From NCBI GenBank assembly GCA_964395115.1, contig CAYMZX010000006.1, positions 26,041 through 90,040 of the forward strand: DNA of 64,000 nt. Reading direction: 5' to 3'. The first letter of the stretch is position 1, and each line of letters opens with the position of its first letter. This document shows positions 36,787 to 45,897 of the stretch, in pieces. The position numbers and the translations under genes are program-made. The DNA is from an uncultured Gammaproteobacteria bacterium. Its GTDB lineage: Bacteria; Patescibacteriota; Microgenomatia; UBA8517. The notes beneath the pieces are model-generated. The model saw only the letters and a program-made list of their open reading frames with translations, did not search any database and had not been told where the DNA came from.

Positions 36787-38313
36787 ATGAAATATATAGC
36801 TTACTGTAGAAAATCAACAGATGAGAAGGAAAAACAAATTCTTTCCATTGATCAGCAAATTTATGAATTAAAGCAGTTTGCGCAAAAAGAGAATTTAGAG
36901 ATAGTTGAGTTTTTGACAGAAGCGCAAACTGCTAAGATTCCAGGCAGAAAAGTATTTTCAAACCTGGTGAAGCTGTTAGAAAATGGATATGCTGACGGAA
37001 TTGTTGCGTGGCATCCAGATAGACTAGCAAGAAATTCAATAGATGGTGGTAAAATTATTTATTTGCTAGATGAAGGAAAATTACAGTCCCTGAAATTTCC
37101 TACTTTCTGGTTTGAAAATACTCCACAGGGGAAATTTATGCTTAATATTGCCTTTGGCCAAGCGAAATACTATGTTGATAATTTAAGCGAAAATGTCAAA
37201 AGAGGTTTGCATTTTAAAGCCAGACAAGGTGAGTGGCCTGGCATGGCTCCATTTGGTTATTTCAACGACAAAAATACCCGTTCCATCAAAATTATGCCTG
37301 AACAAGCTAAACTAGTAGAAACAGTTTTTAATAAATTTGCTGACAACGAATTTTCTTCCTTGAGAGAAATCAGAGACTATTTGTTCAGGCACAGTGTAAA
37401 AAGAAAGGACGACAGGCCACTTCACTACAATCAAATTCGTGATATGTTGACGCGTAATCTGTATTACGGAGTTTTTACTTATGCAGGAGAAACTTACGAG
37501 GGTAAACATGAGCCAATAATCTCCAAGAAATTATTTGACCAAGTTCAAGAAGTCATAGCTAGTAAATACAACTCTAAGCCCCAAAAACACGAATTTGATT
37601 TTACTGGTTTTATTAAATGCAAAAATTGCGATTCTTTTATCACTGCAGAACGCCACAAAAAATATTACAAAAAGACTGACAGACACGCAGAATACACTTA
37701 TTACCGTTGTGTCAAAAAGAAAGGGTTTTGTGATCAGCCATATGTCAGAGAGAAAGAGGTTGAATCGCAATTAAGGGAACTTGTGGACAGCGTTGCGCTG
37801 TCTGAGGCGTGGGCTAGGAAAATGTTTGAACTACTTGAAAAAGACGAAATCAGAGAGAAAGGAAAAATCAAGATTGGGCTTGTCCGTCTCACAACTTCCC
37901 TTGAAGTGGTTGAGAAGAAGCTAGACAAACTTCTTGAGTCTTATTTAGAAGAAATTGTTGATACCGAAAGTTATCAAGTCAAAAAGGATCAACTGCTTCA
38001 ACAAAAAATAATTCTCAAAGAGAAAATTGAGGAGATTAAGACCAAAGGAAGTGTTTGGCTCGAACCTATGAGGGAATTTATAAATATGGCCGCTGATGCG
38101 GCCAAAATTGTGCGCAGAAAAAATAATTGCGATGAACTTTCAGTCATCGCAAAAAAGGTCGGCTCGAACTTCTTACTGCAGAATAAACGGATTGAATTTT
38201 GCCCGAATCCACCGCACGATGCGCTCGCCGCGCGGCCTGTCGCGGCTCGCGCATACCCATCTGATACTTTCGTGTGCCGCCAGAGAGATTCGAACTCTCG
38301 ATTTTCTGGTTGA
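36787..38313 (+). CDS. Large serine recombinase (resolvase/invertase catalytic domain + recombinase domain + zinc ribbon); the C-terminal ~70 aa are encoded by repeat copy 3
   Basis: N-terminal YCRKSTDEKEKQ..SIDQQ (catalytic Ser context), DRLARN, and a Cys-rich CKNCDS...YYRCVKKKGFC zinc ribbon. The ORF has no stop until 38313, inside tRNA-Glu. Confidence 0.85.
   Translation: MKYIAYCRKSTDEKEKQILSIDQQIYELKQFAQKENLEIVEFLTEAQTAKIPGRKVFSNLVKLLENGYADGIVAWHPDRLARNSIDGGKIIYLLDEGKLQSLKFPTFWFENTPQGKFMLNIAFGQAKYYVDNLSENVKRGLHFKARQGEWPGMAPFGYFNDKNTRSIKIMPEQAKLVETVFNKFADNEFSSLREIRDYLFRHSVKRKDDRPLHYNQIRDMLTRNLYYGVFTYAGETYEGKHEPIISKKLFDQVQEVIASKYNSKPQKHEFDFTGFIKCKNCDSFITAERHKKYYKKTDRHAEYTYYRCVKKKGFCDQPYVREKEVESQLRELVDSVALSEAWARKMFELLEKDEIREKGKIKIGLVRLTTSLEVVEKKLDKLLESYLEEIVDTESYQVKKDQLLQQKIILKEKIEEIKTKGSVWLEPMREFINMAADAAKIVRRKNNCDELSVIAKKVGSNFLLQNKRIEFCPNPPHDALAARPVAARAYPSDTFVCRQRDSNSRFSG
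38105..38274 (-). repeat. 170-bp repeat, copy 3 (inverted relative to copies 1 and 2), starting immediately after the tRNA-Glu discriminator base
   Basis: Reverse complement of copy 1 with a few substitutions. Its GC hairpin is identical to that of copy 2. Confidence 0.85.
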
Positions 38314-38348
38314 GAACCAGACGTCCTGGGCCACTAGACGATGGCGGC
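38275..38348 (-). tRNA. tRNA-Glu (CTC)
   Basis: Acceptor GCCGCCA/TGGCGGC+A, D-arm GTCTAGTGGCCCAGGAC, anticodon loop TTCTCAA, T-loop TTCGAAT. Confidence 0.85.
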
Positions 38349-38385
38349 TAAAAACACAGTTTCCGGGTATATTCTACCTTAATAC

Positions 38386-40878
38386 TTAAACCGTGGCAAT
38401 TAGAGGCTGGGGGGAAACTGCGCGATCAGCTTTGATCTTTGGAGGCCAAGTCGTCAAAGCAGTCTTCAGAACCGTCTCAACATTATCGACAAAGATAAAG
38501 TTTATACCCTCTTGAACCTTCTTTGGAATATCTTCCATATCTTTTTTATTATCCTTCGGCATCACGATAGTCTTAAGACCTGCCCTGTGGCCAGCTACAA
38601 CTTTCTCTTTAACCCCACCTATTTCAAGCACCCTACCTCGCAGGGTAATTTCTCCGGTCATACCTACATCCTTTTTAACTGCGACACCTGTCAGGGCTGA
38701 TACAAGTGCGGTTGTTATGGCGATACCGGCCGAAGGCCCATCTTTGGGAACAGCGCCTTCTGGTACATGAATGTGAACATCAATTTTTTGAGAAAAATTC
38801 TCTTTTAATCCCAAAGCTCTCCAGTGGGATTTTGCCCATGTAAAGGCCGCCATGGCTGATTCTTTCATCACATCACCCAGTTGTCCTGTTAAGGTTAGTT
38901 TACCTTTACCCGGCATAAGAGATACCTCAATAAAAAGAATCTCTCCCCCAGCCGCCGTCACTGCCAAACCGGTAGCCATCCCAACCTCGTCTTTTTTCTC
39001 AGCCAATTGAGAAGTATATCTATAAGGGCCAAGGAATTTCCTAACATCTACAGAACCTAAATTTTTGGGATATTTTTTCTTTTCGGCAACTTGACGGGCA
39101 ATTTTTCTACAAATAGTTGCCAAATTCCTTTCTAAGTCCCTAACCCCAGCCTCTTTGGTGTAACGCCTGATTATCTCTAGGAAAATAGATTCTGATACTT
39201 TAATTTTTTTATCCTCGAGACTGTGAAGTCTTAATTGTTTTGGCCAAAGATATTTTTTGGCAATATGATACTTTTCATCTTCAATATAGCCTGCAAATTT
39301 AATTATTTCCATACGGTCAAGAAGAGGAGCAGGTATGGTATCAGTCACATTTCCTGTACAAATAAACATAACTTCACTTAAATCAAAAGGAACCTCTAGA
39401 TAGTGATCTGAAAACTCTCTATTTTGTTCTGGATCCAGGGCTTCCAATAAAGCCGAAGACGGATCTCCCCTAAAATCAACCCCGATTTTATCAATCTCAT
39501 CAAGCATAAATACGGGGTTTTTGCTCCCTGCATTTTTGATTCCCTGGATAATTCTGCCCGGAAGAGCTCCCACATAAGTTCTTCGGTGTCCTCTTATTTC
39601 TGCCTCATCTCGAATCCCACCAAGAGACACTCTGACAAACTTTCTTCCCAAGGCCCTGGCAATTGATTTTCCAATTGAAGTCTTACCCACACCGGGCGGA
39701 CCTATAAAGCACAAAATTGTAGGATGATGCTCTCCGTTTTCACCAACTTTTCCTTTCTTGTGATTTCTTTGAGTCTCTTTTTTCAACTTCATCACTGCCA
39801 AAAACTCCAAAATTCTTTCTTTGACTTTGTCCAAACCATAATGATCCTCATCTAAAGTCTTTTCGGCCCGTTTAATCGAGGCGTTATCGGATGTAACCTT
39901 GCTCCAAGGCATATCACAAAGCCAATCTAAATAATTTCGGATATAACCACCTTCAGGGTTGTTGATCGAGAGTTGCTGGAGTCTTTTGAGTTCCTTTTGT
40001 GCTTTCTCACGAATCTCTTTTGGCATTTTTGCTTTTTTAATTTTCTGTTTATATTCATTTATTTCATCTGTCATAATACCCGATTCATCCTCACCCAACT
40101 CTTCCTCTATCGTGCGTTTCTTTTCTCGAAGCATAGCCTTGCGCATCTGATCTTCAAAGCGTTTGTGGGTTTTAATCGATATAGTTCTTTCTATATCCAA
40201 AATATTAACCTCCCGTCCCAAAAGCTCAAGCACTCTCTCAGTTCTTCTCAAGACAGAAATGGTCTCAAGTAGTTTTTGTTTTTCGGAAGTCTTTACATCA
40301 AGAAGTGATGCTATCGAATCCACTATCTCAATGGGATCTGCCTCCCCTGAAAGGATGCGCATCAAAGTCGTTATCTCCACAGCTTTTCCCAAATTTACCG
40401 ATTTTTTGAAAAGCTCAATAAGTTGTTTAGAAAGGGCTATAAGCTTATCACTTTTGGTTTCTTCTTCGGCAATTTCTTCAACCTTTGCCATAAGATAAGG
40501 CTTATCTGTTACCCACTCTACAACCCTAATTCTTATTTGTCCCCTAACCATAGCATTAATCTCCTCCCCCGAAGACATCATCTGAGTAATTGTTGCCAAA
40601 GTCCCAATTTTATAAAGATCATCAAATACTGGGTTAGACAGCCGCGGATCCTTTTGGGTAAGAATTCCAATCACTCTGTCTTTCTCAAAAGCTGTGTTAA
40701 CTGCCGCCACCGACTTTGGCCTTCCAAAGGAAAGAATTGAGTCTGTATGTGGAAAAACTACAGAACCCCGAATCGCAACAATTGGAATTGTCCGAAATAT
40801 TTTATTATTTTCTTGTATTTTTGTATCCTGCATGGCCTTGATTCTTAGCAGTCTAGCAATAAGAGTGCTATATGTCAA
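38386..40878 (-). CDS. lon: ATP-dependent protease Lon (La)
   Basis: LON N-domain, Walker A GPPGVGKTS, and a proteolytic domain with KDGPSAG catalytic Ser. Confidence 0.9.
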   Translation of the reverse strand: MTYSTLIARLLRIKAMQDTKIQENNKIFRTIPIVAIRGSVVFPHTDSILSFGRPKSVAAVNTAFEKDRVIGILTQKDPRLSNPVFDDLYKIGTLATITQMMSSGEEINAMVRGQIRIRVVEWVTDKPYLMAKVEEIAEEETKSDKLIALSKQLIELFKKSVNLGKAVEITTLMRILSGEADPIEIVDSIASLLDVKTSEKQKLLETISVLRRTERVLELLGREVNILDIERTISIKTHKRFEDQMRKAMLREKKRTIEEELGEDESGIMTDEINEYKQKIKKAKMPKEIREKAQKELKRLQQLSINNPEGGYIRNYLDWLCDMPWSKVTSDNASIKRAEKTLDEDHYGLDKVKERILEFLAVMKLKKETQRNHKKGKVGENGEHHPTILCFIGPPGVGKTSIGKSIARALGRKFVRVSLGGIRDEAEIRGHRRTYVGALPGRIIQGIKNAGSKNPVFMLDEIDKIGVDFRGDPSSALLEALDPEQNREFSDHYLEVPFDLSEVMFICTGNVTDTIPAPLLDRMEIIKFAGYIEDEKYHIAKKYLWPKQLRLHSLEDKKIKVSESIFLEIIRRYTKEAGVRDLERNLATICRKIARQVAEKKKYPKNLGSVDVRKFLGPYRYTSQLAEKKDEVGMATGLAVTAAGGEILFIEVSLMPGKGKLTLTGQLGDVMKESAMAAFTWAKSHWRALGLKENFSQKIDVHIHVPEGAVPKDGPSAGIAITTALVSALTGVAVKKDVGMTGEITLRGRVLEIGGVKEKVVAGHRAGLKTIVMPKDNKKDMEDIPKKVQEGINFIFVDNVETVLKTALTTWPPKIKADRAVSPQPLIATV

Positions 40879-41399
40879 CTGGGAAAATGCATTTCCTTAA
40901 AAAAGACCGCTATTAAAAAGCCCACTAAACCTCCTAAAAAAATATCCAAAGGATAGTGAACATTTGCAATGATTCTTCCTACACCAATGATAAGAGCAGT
41001 AATTATTAAAAAACTCCCCAATTTTTTTTGATAGAAAATAACTGTTGTGGCAAGTGCAAAGGCGACGGCTGAGTGTAAAGAAGGAAAACTAGCAGGGGTA
41101 AAATATCCTGCTTTGGGAGTTAGGGCAGAAAAATAAAACGGTCTTGGAAGACCATAAAGTTCCTTAAGAACAATTATAATTGCCGCAGCGAAAAAAGTTG
41201 CCAAGAAAACATGCATTGCTTCCTTTTTATTCTTTTCTATAAACCAAAGATATACAAGAACTGATAAAAAAAGAACAAAAACTCCATAAGTATTTAAAAA
41301 CGCCAAAAGTGAAAAGTCAATCATGGATGACAACTTTACTTCCGGGATTATCGGCAGAGGCATAAACAATTGGTTTACCATCAAGCACCAAGGGTCCAA
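40875..41399 (-). CDS. PAP2-family phosphatase (undecaprenyl-PP/lipid phosphatase-like)
   Basis: KxxxxxxRP, SFPSLHS and SRxxxxxHxxxD-like motifs, with TM helices. Confidence 0.7.
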   Translation of the reverse strand: MDPWCLMVNQLFMPLPIIPEVKLSSMIDFSLLAFLNTYGVFVLFLSVLVYLWFIEKNKKEAMHVFLATFFAAAIIIVLKELYGLPRPFYFSALTPKAGYFTPASFPSLHSAVAFALATTVIFYQKKLGSFLIITALIIGVGRIIANVHYPLDIFLGGLVGFLIAVFFKEMHFPS

Positions 41400-41979
41400 G
41401 CCAATAAAAAAGTTCCTCAGCTTTTTGTGTCGGCAAATTCACACAGCCGTGGCTTCTTGGATTTCCAAAATCATTGTGCCAATAAGTTCCATGCAATCCA
41501 TAACCTCTCCATTTGGGAATCTCGTTATTATCAAAATACATTACATAAGGAACGTTGGGTAAATTGTAATAATATCTGCCCTGCCCCCCTTCCATTCGAG
41601 CATAACGAAGTTTGACCCAAATCCAAAATTCGCCTTTGGGGGTTGGATACCATCTAAGTCCCGTTGATACCGGAGTCTCCAAAAAAAGATTATCCCCGTC
41701 CCAAGCCGTAAGCCGCTGATCGGAAAGATCAATCTCAACCCAACGATTCCTAGCCGAGTTAGTGCCTAAAACTTTTTGATTAGCCTTAGAATCAGCAGTA
41801 ATTTCAGGTGGTAAGGAAACCCTTTTACCTTCAAAAATTCCTGCCACTTCTGCTTTAAAAAGACCAGAAAAATCACTTGTGCTGCAGGCAGGTGGCGGAG
41901 AGAATTTACGAGCTGAGGCAATAAGCACTCCAAATCCCAAAAGAACTATTATTGGCACCAAAAAAATAAACCTTCCCAT
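41317..41979 (-). CDS. L,D-transpeptidase (YkuD domain), membrane anchored
   Basis: SHGCVNLP catalytic motif. Paralog of 50976-51641. Confidence 0.75.
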   Translation of the reverse strand: MGRFIFLVPIIVLLGFGVLIASARKFSPPPACSTSDFSGLFKAEVAGIFEGKRVSLPPEITADSKANQKVLGTNSARNRWVEIDLSDQRLTAWDGDNLFLETPVSTGLRWYPTPKGEFWIWVKLRYARMEGGQGRYYYNLPNVPYVMYFDNNEIPKWRGYGLHGTYWHNDFGNPRSHGCVNLPTQKAEELFYWLGPLVLDGKPIVYASADNPGSKVVIHD

Positions 41980-42040
41980 CTAAAAAATCCTATCACACTC
42001 ATTGTTTGCCAAACAATGAGTGCGCTATACTTAAATTAAG

Positions 42041-42400
42041 GTGAGTAAGAAAAATCCAGTTTCCACAAGTTTTAAGTTTGCGCTTGAAGGATTAAAATTG
42101 GCATTTCTAAGCGAACCTAACTTTAGGGTACATACCTTGTTTGCTATTACAGTCCTGATTCTTGCACTTATTTTGGGGTTTAATTTAGCAGAGTGGACTA
42201 TCCTTCTTTTTACAATCTCTTTTGTTATTGTTATGGAACTTTTTAATACAGCAGTGGAAGCCATTGTTGATTTAGTAAGCCCTGAAATAAAACCAAAAGC
42301 AAAAATTGCCAAAGACGTTGCAGCAGCAGCCGTACTCATCTCAGCCATGGTTGCCGTGATTATCGGGTTTGTCCTTTTTATTCCAAAAATTTTCTCCTAA
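42041..42400 (+). CDS. dgkA: Diacylglycerol kinase (prokaryotic DgkA family)
   Basis: 119 aa, three TM helices, and the conserved N-terminal amphipathic segment and E/N residues. Confidence 0.7.
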   Translation: MSKKNPVSTSFKFALEGLKLAFLSEPNFRVHTLFAITVLILALILGFNLAEWTILLFTISFVIVMELFNTAVEAIVDLVSPEIKPKAKIAKDVAAAAVLISAMVAVIIGFVLFIPKIFS

Positions 42401-43134
42401 GCAAGAAGTGCGATAATTCCGATAACTAAACAATAGAAAGAAAAATATTTAAACTTTTCTTGGGTCAAAAGTTTAATAACCAAATAAATCGCTAAATATC
42501 CAACAAAAAATGAGGTGATAAAGCCAAGAAAGTATAAAGAAAAATTTATACTGTCATTAAAACCATTCCTAAAAAACTCCAGCGCATTTGCTCCAATGAT
42601 AGCCGGGACTGAAAGTAAAAATGAAAATTCAGCCGCAGTTTTTTTATCAATTCCCCTTTTAACACCTGCAAAAATAGTCGATCCTGACCGGGAAATACCC
42701 GGAACAATGGCTATAGCCTGAAAAAGACCAACAAAAAAGGAATCTGCTAAAGAAATGTTTTTTTTGTTACTTGCAGTTTGGTTTGTAATATAATTAAAGC
42801 AAGCTGTAATAAAAAACGCCAAGCCAACAGCGGCAGTTTTTTCAAAAAGATTTTCAAAAAAAGACTGAAATAAAAATCCGATAACAAACGCAGGTATATT
42901 TCCAATAATTATCAGGATTAGACACTTTTTTGTTAGTCTTACTAGCTTTTTTCTAAAATAGATTAATATAGCAAGCATGGTACCGGCATGAAGAAAAACT
43001 TCGAATAAAATTCCCGGCTCTTTAAAAGAAGGTAAAACCTTACCAATCAAAACCAAATGCCCCGAGGAGGAAACCGGTAAAAATTCGGTTAGACCTTGAA
43101 CAATTCCTAAAACAATACTTTCAAATATCCCCAT
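42397..43134 (-). CDS. uppP: Undecaprenyl-diphosphatase
   Basis: N-terminus GxxQGLTEFLPVSSSGH and the BacA fold length. Confidence 0.85.
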   Translation of the reverse strand: MGIFESIVLGIVQGLTEFLPVSSSGHLVLIGKVLPSFKEPGILFEVFLHAGTMLAILIYFRKKLVRLTKKCLILIIIGNIPAFVIGFLFQSFFENLFEKTAAVGLAFFITACFNYITNQTASNKKNISLADSFFVGLFQAIAIVPGISRSGSTIFAGVKRGIDKKTAAEFSFLLSVPAIIGANALEFFRNGFNDSINFSLYFLGFITSFFVGYLAIYLVIKLLTQEKFKYFSFYCLVIGIIALLA

Positions 43135-43795
43135 CTTTTTTAATCAAAGCTTTTAAATCAGTAAGGCTCACCGCCTCTGAAAGATTATAGTCACCAATTT
43201 TAGTTCTTCTTAGCTCTTTTAAGTATGCCCCACAACCCAGTTTTCTGCCAATATCCCGAGCCAAAGCTCTAATATAAGTTCCGCTACTCACAAGACACGA
43301 AATACGCAACACAGGATACGAGTAACTAAGTAGTTTAATAGAATAAATAACCACCTTCCTCGGTTGAAGTACGACTTTCTTCCCCTCTCTTGCCAGTTTA
43401 TAGGCTTTCTTACCTTTTATCTTAATTGCCGAGTACAACGGCGGCACCTGCTCTTGAACCCCAAGAAAAAAATTTAATACTTTGATAATTTGAATTTTTG
43501 AGATTTGGGAATTGATTGAAAATTGAGAATTGAAAATTGCTAATTTACGACCCTCTGAGTCGTCGGTGTCTCTTTCTTCCCCCAGCACTATCTCCGCCTC
43601 ATATTCCTTTTTATTTTTTGCAATCTGTCCCAACTTCTTGGTGCTTTCCCTGCCAACTCCAACTATTAATAGTCCTGTTGCGTTGGGATCCAAAGTTCCT
43701 CCATGCCCCACCCGTTTTTCGCCAGTGATTCTTCTCACCTCATCCACCACATCGTGGCTGGTCATCCCCTTTGGTTTGTCTATAAGAATTAACAT
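43121..43795 (-). CDS. truB: tRNA pseudouridine(55) synthase
   Basis: KPKGMTSHDVV...GHGGTLDPNATGLL catalytic Asp motif. Confidence 0.85.
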   Translation of the reverse strand: MLILIDKPKGMTSHDVVDEVRRITGEKRVGHGGTLDPNATGLLIVGVGRESTKKLGQIAKNKKEYEAEIVLGEERDTDDSEGRKLAIFNSQFSINSQISKIQIIKVLNFFLGVQEQVPPLYSAIKIKGKKAYKLAREGKKVVLQPRKVVIYSIKLLSYSYPVLRISCLVSSGTYIRALARDIGRKLGCGAYLKELRRTKIGDYNLSEAVSLTDLKALIKKDGDI

Positions 43796-43811
43796 TAAAC
43801 CTTATTGTAGG

Positions 43812-44429
43812 CTATTGAAGGGATTTCTTGAAGTTTTCCTCAACTTGTGGCCAGTTCACCACATTCCAAAACGCCTCAACATACTCATTCCTTCTATTTT
43901 GGTACTTTAAATAATACGCATGTTCCCATACATCCAGTCCCAAAATCGGTATTTCAGAATTTGATAGAGGAGTGTCTTGATTGGGTAAACTTTTGACTTC
44001 TAACTTTGAATTTTTAACTACCAACCACGCCCATCCACTGCCAAAATGCCCAACTGCAACACTTGTGAATTTTTCTTTAAAACTGTCAAAACTGCCAAAT
44101 GCAGAATCTAAAGCTTCCTTTAGTTGACCGGGGATTTTATCCTTTACTACTTGACCGGAAGGAGCCATCATCTTCCAAAAAATACTGTGATTATAATGCC
44201 CCCCTCCATGATTTCTAACAGCCATTCTTATTTCCTCTGGAATTTTATTCAAATCCTTAAGTATTTCATCAATTGGTTTCTGCAGAAGATAAGACTTTCC
44301 CTCCAAGGCAGCATTCAACTTATCAACATAGGCCTGATGATGTTTAGTATGATGAATCCTCATCGTCTCCTCATCAATATAAGGCTCTAAAGCATTGTAA
44401 GGATATGAAAGCTTGGGTAGTTCGAACAT
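43812..44429 (-). CDS. Superoxide dismutase (Fe/Mn family)
   Basis: [10 protein letters not shown] and a C-terminal DVWEHAYY metal-ligand motif. Confidence 0.9.
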   Translation of the reverse strand: MFELPKLSYPYNALEPYIDEETMRIHHTKHHQAYVDKLNAALEGKSYLLQKPIDEILKDLNKIPEEIRMAVRNHGGGHYNHSIFWKMMAPSGQVVKDKIPGQLKEALDSAFGSFDSFKEKFTSVAVGHFGSGWAWLVVKNSKLEVKSLPNQDTPLSNSEIPILGLDVWEHAYYLKYQNRRNEYVEAFWNVVNWPQVEENFKKSLQ

Positions 44430-44505
44430 AATAAGATTACTTTACAGGGTGAAAACGGATTGTCAATAAGTTTTTCCGTCAAAAGCACAAGATTTGATAT
44501 AATAA

Positions 44506-44580
44506 GTAGCCTTATTGCCCGGTGGTGTAATGGTAGCACGCCACGCTCTGGACGTGGAAACTGGGGTTCGAGTCCCTGCC
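44506..44580 (+). tRNA. tRNA-Gln (CTG), U1-A72, CCA encoded
   Basis: Acceptor TGCCCGG/CCGGGCA, anticodon stem CCACG/CGTGG with loop CTCTGGA, T-loop TTCGAGT, then GCCA. Confidence 0.8.
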
Positions 44581-44608
44581 GGGCAGCCAGTAAGAATCGG
44601 AAGACCGC

Positions 44609-44657
44609 GAAGAGGTAGCGCTTGCCGCTCGCGCCTGAGCGGCAAGCGCGTCAAATC
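44609..44657 (+). terminator. Perfect 13-bp GC-rich hairpin (GCGCTTGCCGCTC / GAGCGGCAAGCGC) followed 12 nt later by TTTTT. A terminator-like element downstream of tRNA-Gln.
   Basis: Direct inspection. The U-run is not immediately adjacent to the stem. Confidence 0.4.
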
Positions 44658-44680
44658 CGCTTTTTAACACACCCCAGGGG
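44657..44680 (+). repeat. 24-nt direct repeat, left copy (22/24 identical to 47459-47482)
   Basis: aacacaccccaggggtgggtagta versus aacacaccccaggagtgggtaata. Confidence 0.7.
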
Positions 44681-44782
44681 TGGGTAGTAGCAAACCTACC
44701 CATGTTTGGCAAAGATAATGAATATTGTAGAAAAACATTCTTTACAAAAATTATCAAAAGTCCTGCTGAATTGATTGAGGGG

Positions 44783-45202
44783 TTAAAATAGAGTGAACGC
44801 CTTTTTTATGACTTCTCGCGTTTCTTTGCTTAGATTGTAACTATCCAAATCCCTCTTTGTGACCCAGGCAAAATTTTGGTGTTCGGGACTTAATCTAACT
44901 TTGGGTCTCCCAAGACGTTTGCATAAAAAGGATATCTGGGTTGCGTCCCTAATTTCATCATCTTTTTCAACTCTAAATTCAAAAACATCAACGGGAACAA
45001 GTGGTTTAACATCAATCCCCACTTCTTCTTTTACCTCGCGGATGAGTGCTTTTTTGGAAGTTTCAAAATGCTCGCGCTTTCCACTTGGAATTTCCCAAAG
45101 ATTTGGGAAAACATCTTCATCAGCGCTTCTTTGAATTATAAGTATTTTTCCCCGATACTCAATTATTCCGGCAACAACTATTTTTTGGACAACCTTTTTC
45201 AT
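44783..45202 (-). CDS. NUDIX hydrolase
   Basis: Nudix box GKREHFETSKKALIREVKEEVGI. The internal Met (MKKVVQKIVVAG) was chosen as the start. Confidence 0.7.
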   Translation of the reverse strand: MKKVVQKIVVAGIIEYRGKILIIQRSADEDVFPNLWEIPSGKREHFETSKKALIREVKEEVGIDVKPLVPVDVFEFRVEKDDEIRDATQISFLCKRLGRPKVRLSPEHQNFAWVTKRDLDSYNLSKETREVIKKAFTLF

Positions 45203-45240
45203 GTTCAGATTATACCCAATAATTTGATACAATACCAAAA

Positions 45241-45879
45241 ATGAAACTCTATCTAGTTCGCCACGGTGTAACCGTAGAATACGAGAACCAAAAATCTCAA
45301 AAGCCCGAAAGTCCCCTATCAAAAGAAGGTATAAAACAGGCAAAACTTTTGGCTCAAAGGATCAAAAGAAATGGTCTTAAATTTGACGTGGTATTTGCAA
45401 GCCCGTTTGAAAGAGCCAAAAAAACTGCAGAAATAATCTGCAAAGAACTAAATTTTCCTTTTGAAGAAACGGAACTACTTCAAGAAAGACTAAAGCCTGC
45501 CTTTATTGTGGGTCTGGGACCTGGAGACAGCCTTTATGACAAATATTTTGAAGAATTAAAAAAACACTGGAATGACATTGATTGGAAGTATAACAACGAG
45601 GGAGAATCAATAGCCGATGTCCTCGCCCGTGCGCAAAATTTTGAGAAGCATCTTTTCGAAAGACATTTGAATCAGGATATTTTGGTCGTCTCTCATGGAA
45701 TTTTTGGCAGATGTTTTATAGCCAATTGTATCTTGGGCGGAAATTCTAACAAGGATGTCTTTATGAACTTATTTCATGCCATAAAAATTGAAAACACCGG
45801 CTTTAGCTTTTTAGAATACGATGAAGATGATAATAGATGGAAAATCCATTTTCTCAATGACCACAGCCACCTGATGTAA
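45241..45879 (+). CDS. Histidine phosphatase (phosphoglycerate-mutase superfamily)
   Basis: LVRHGVT (RHG), FASPFERAKKTA, and a C-terminal VVSHG. Confidence 0.75.
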   Translation: MKLYLVRHGVTVEYENQKSQKPESPLSKEGIKQAKLLAQRIKRNGLKFDVVFASPFERAKKTAEIICKELNFPFEETELLQERLKPAFIVGLGPGDSLYDKYFEELKKHWNDIDWKYNNEGESIADVLARAQNFEKHLFERHLNQDILVVSHGIFGRCFIANCILGGNSNKDVFMNLFHAIKIENTGFSFLEYDEDDNRWKIHFLNDHSHLM

Positions 45880-45897
45880 AATAAAAAATTAAATAAG

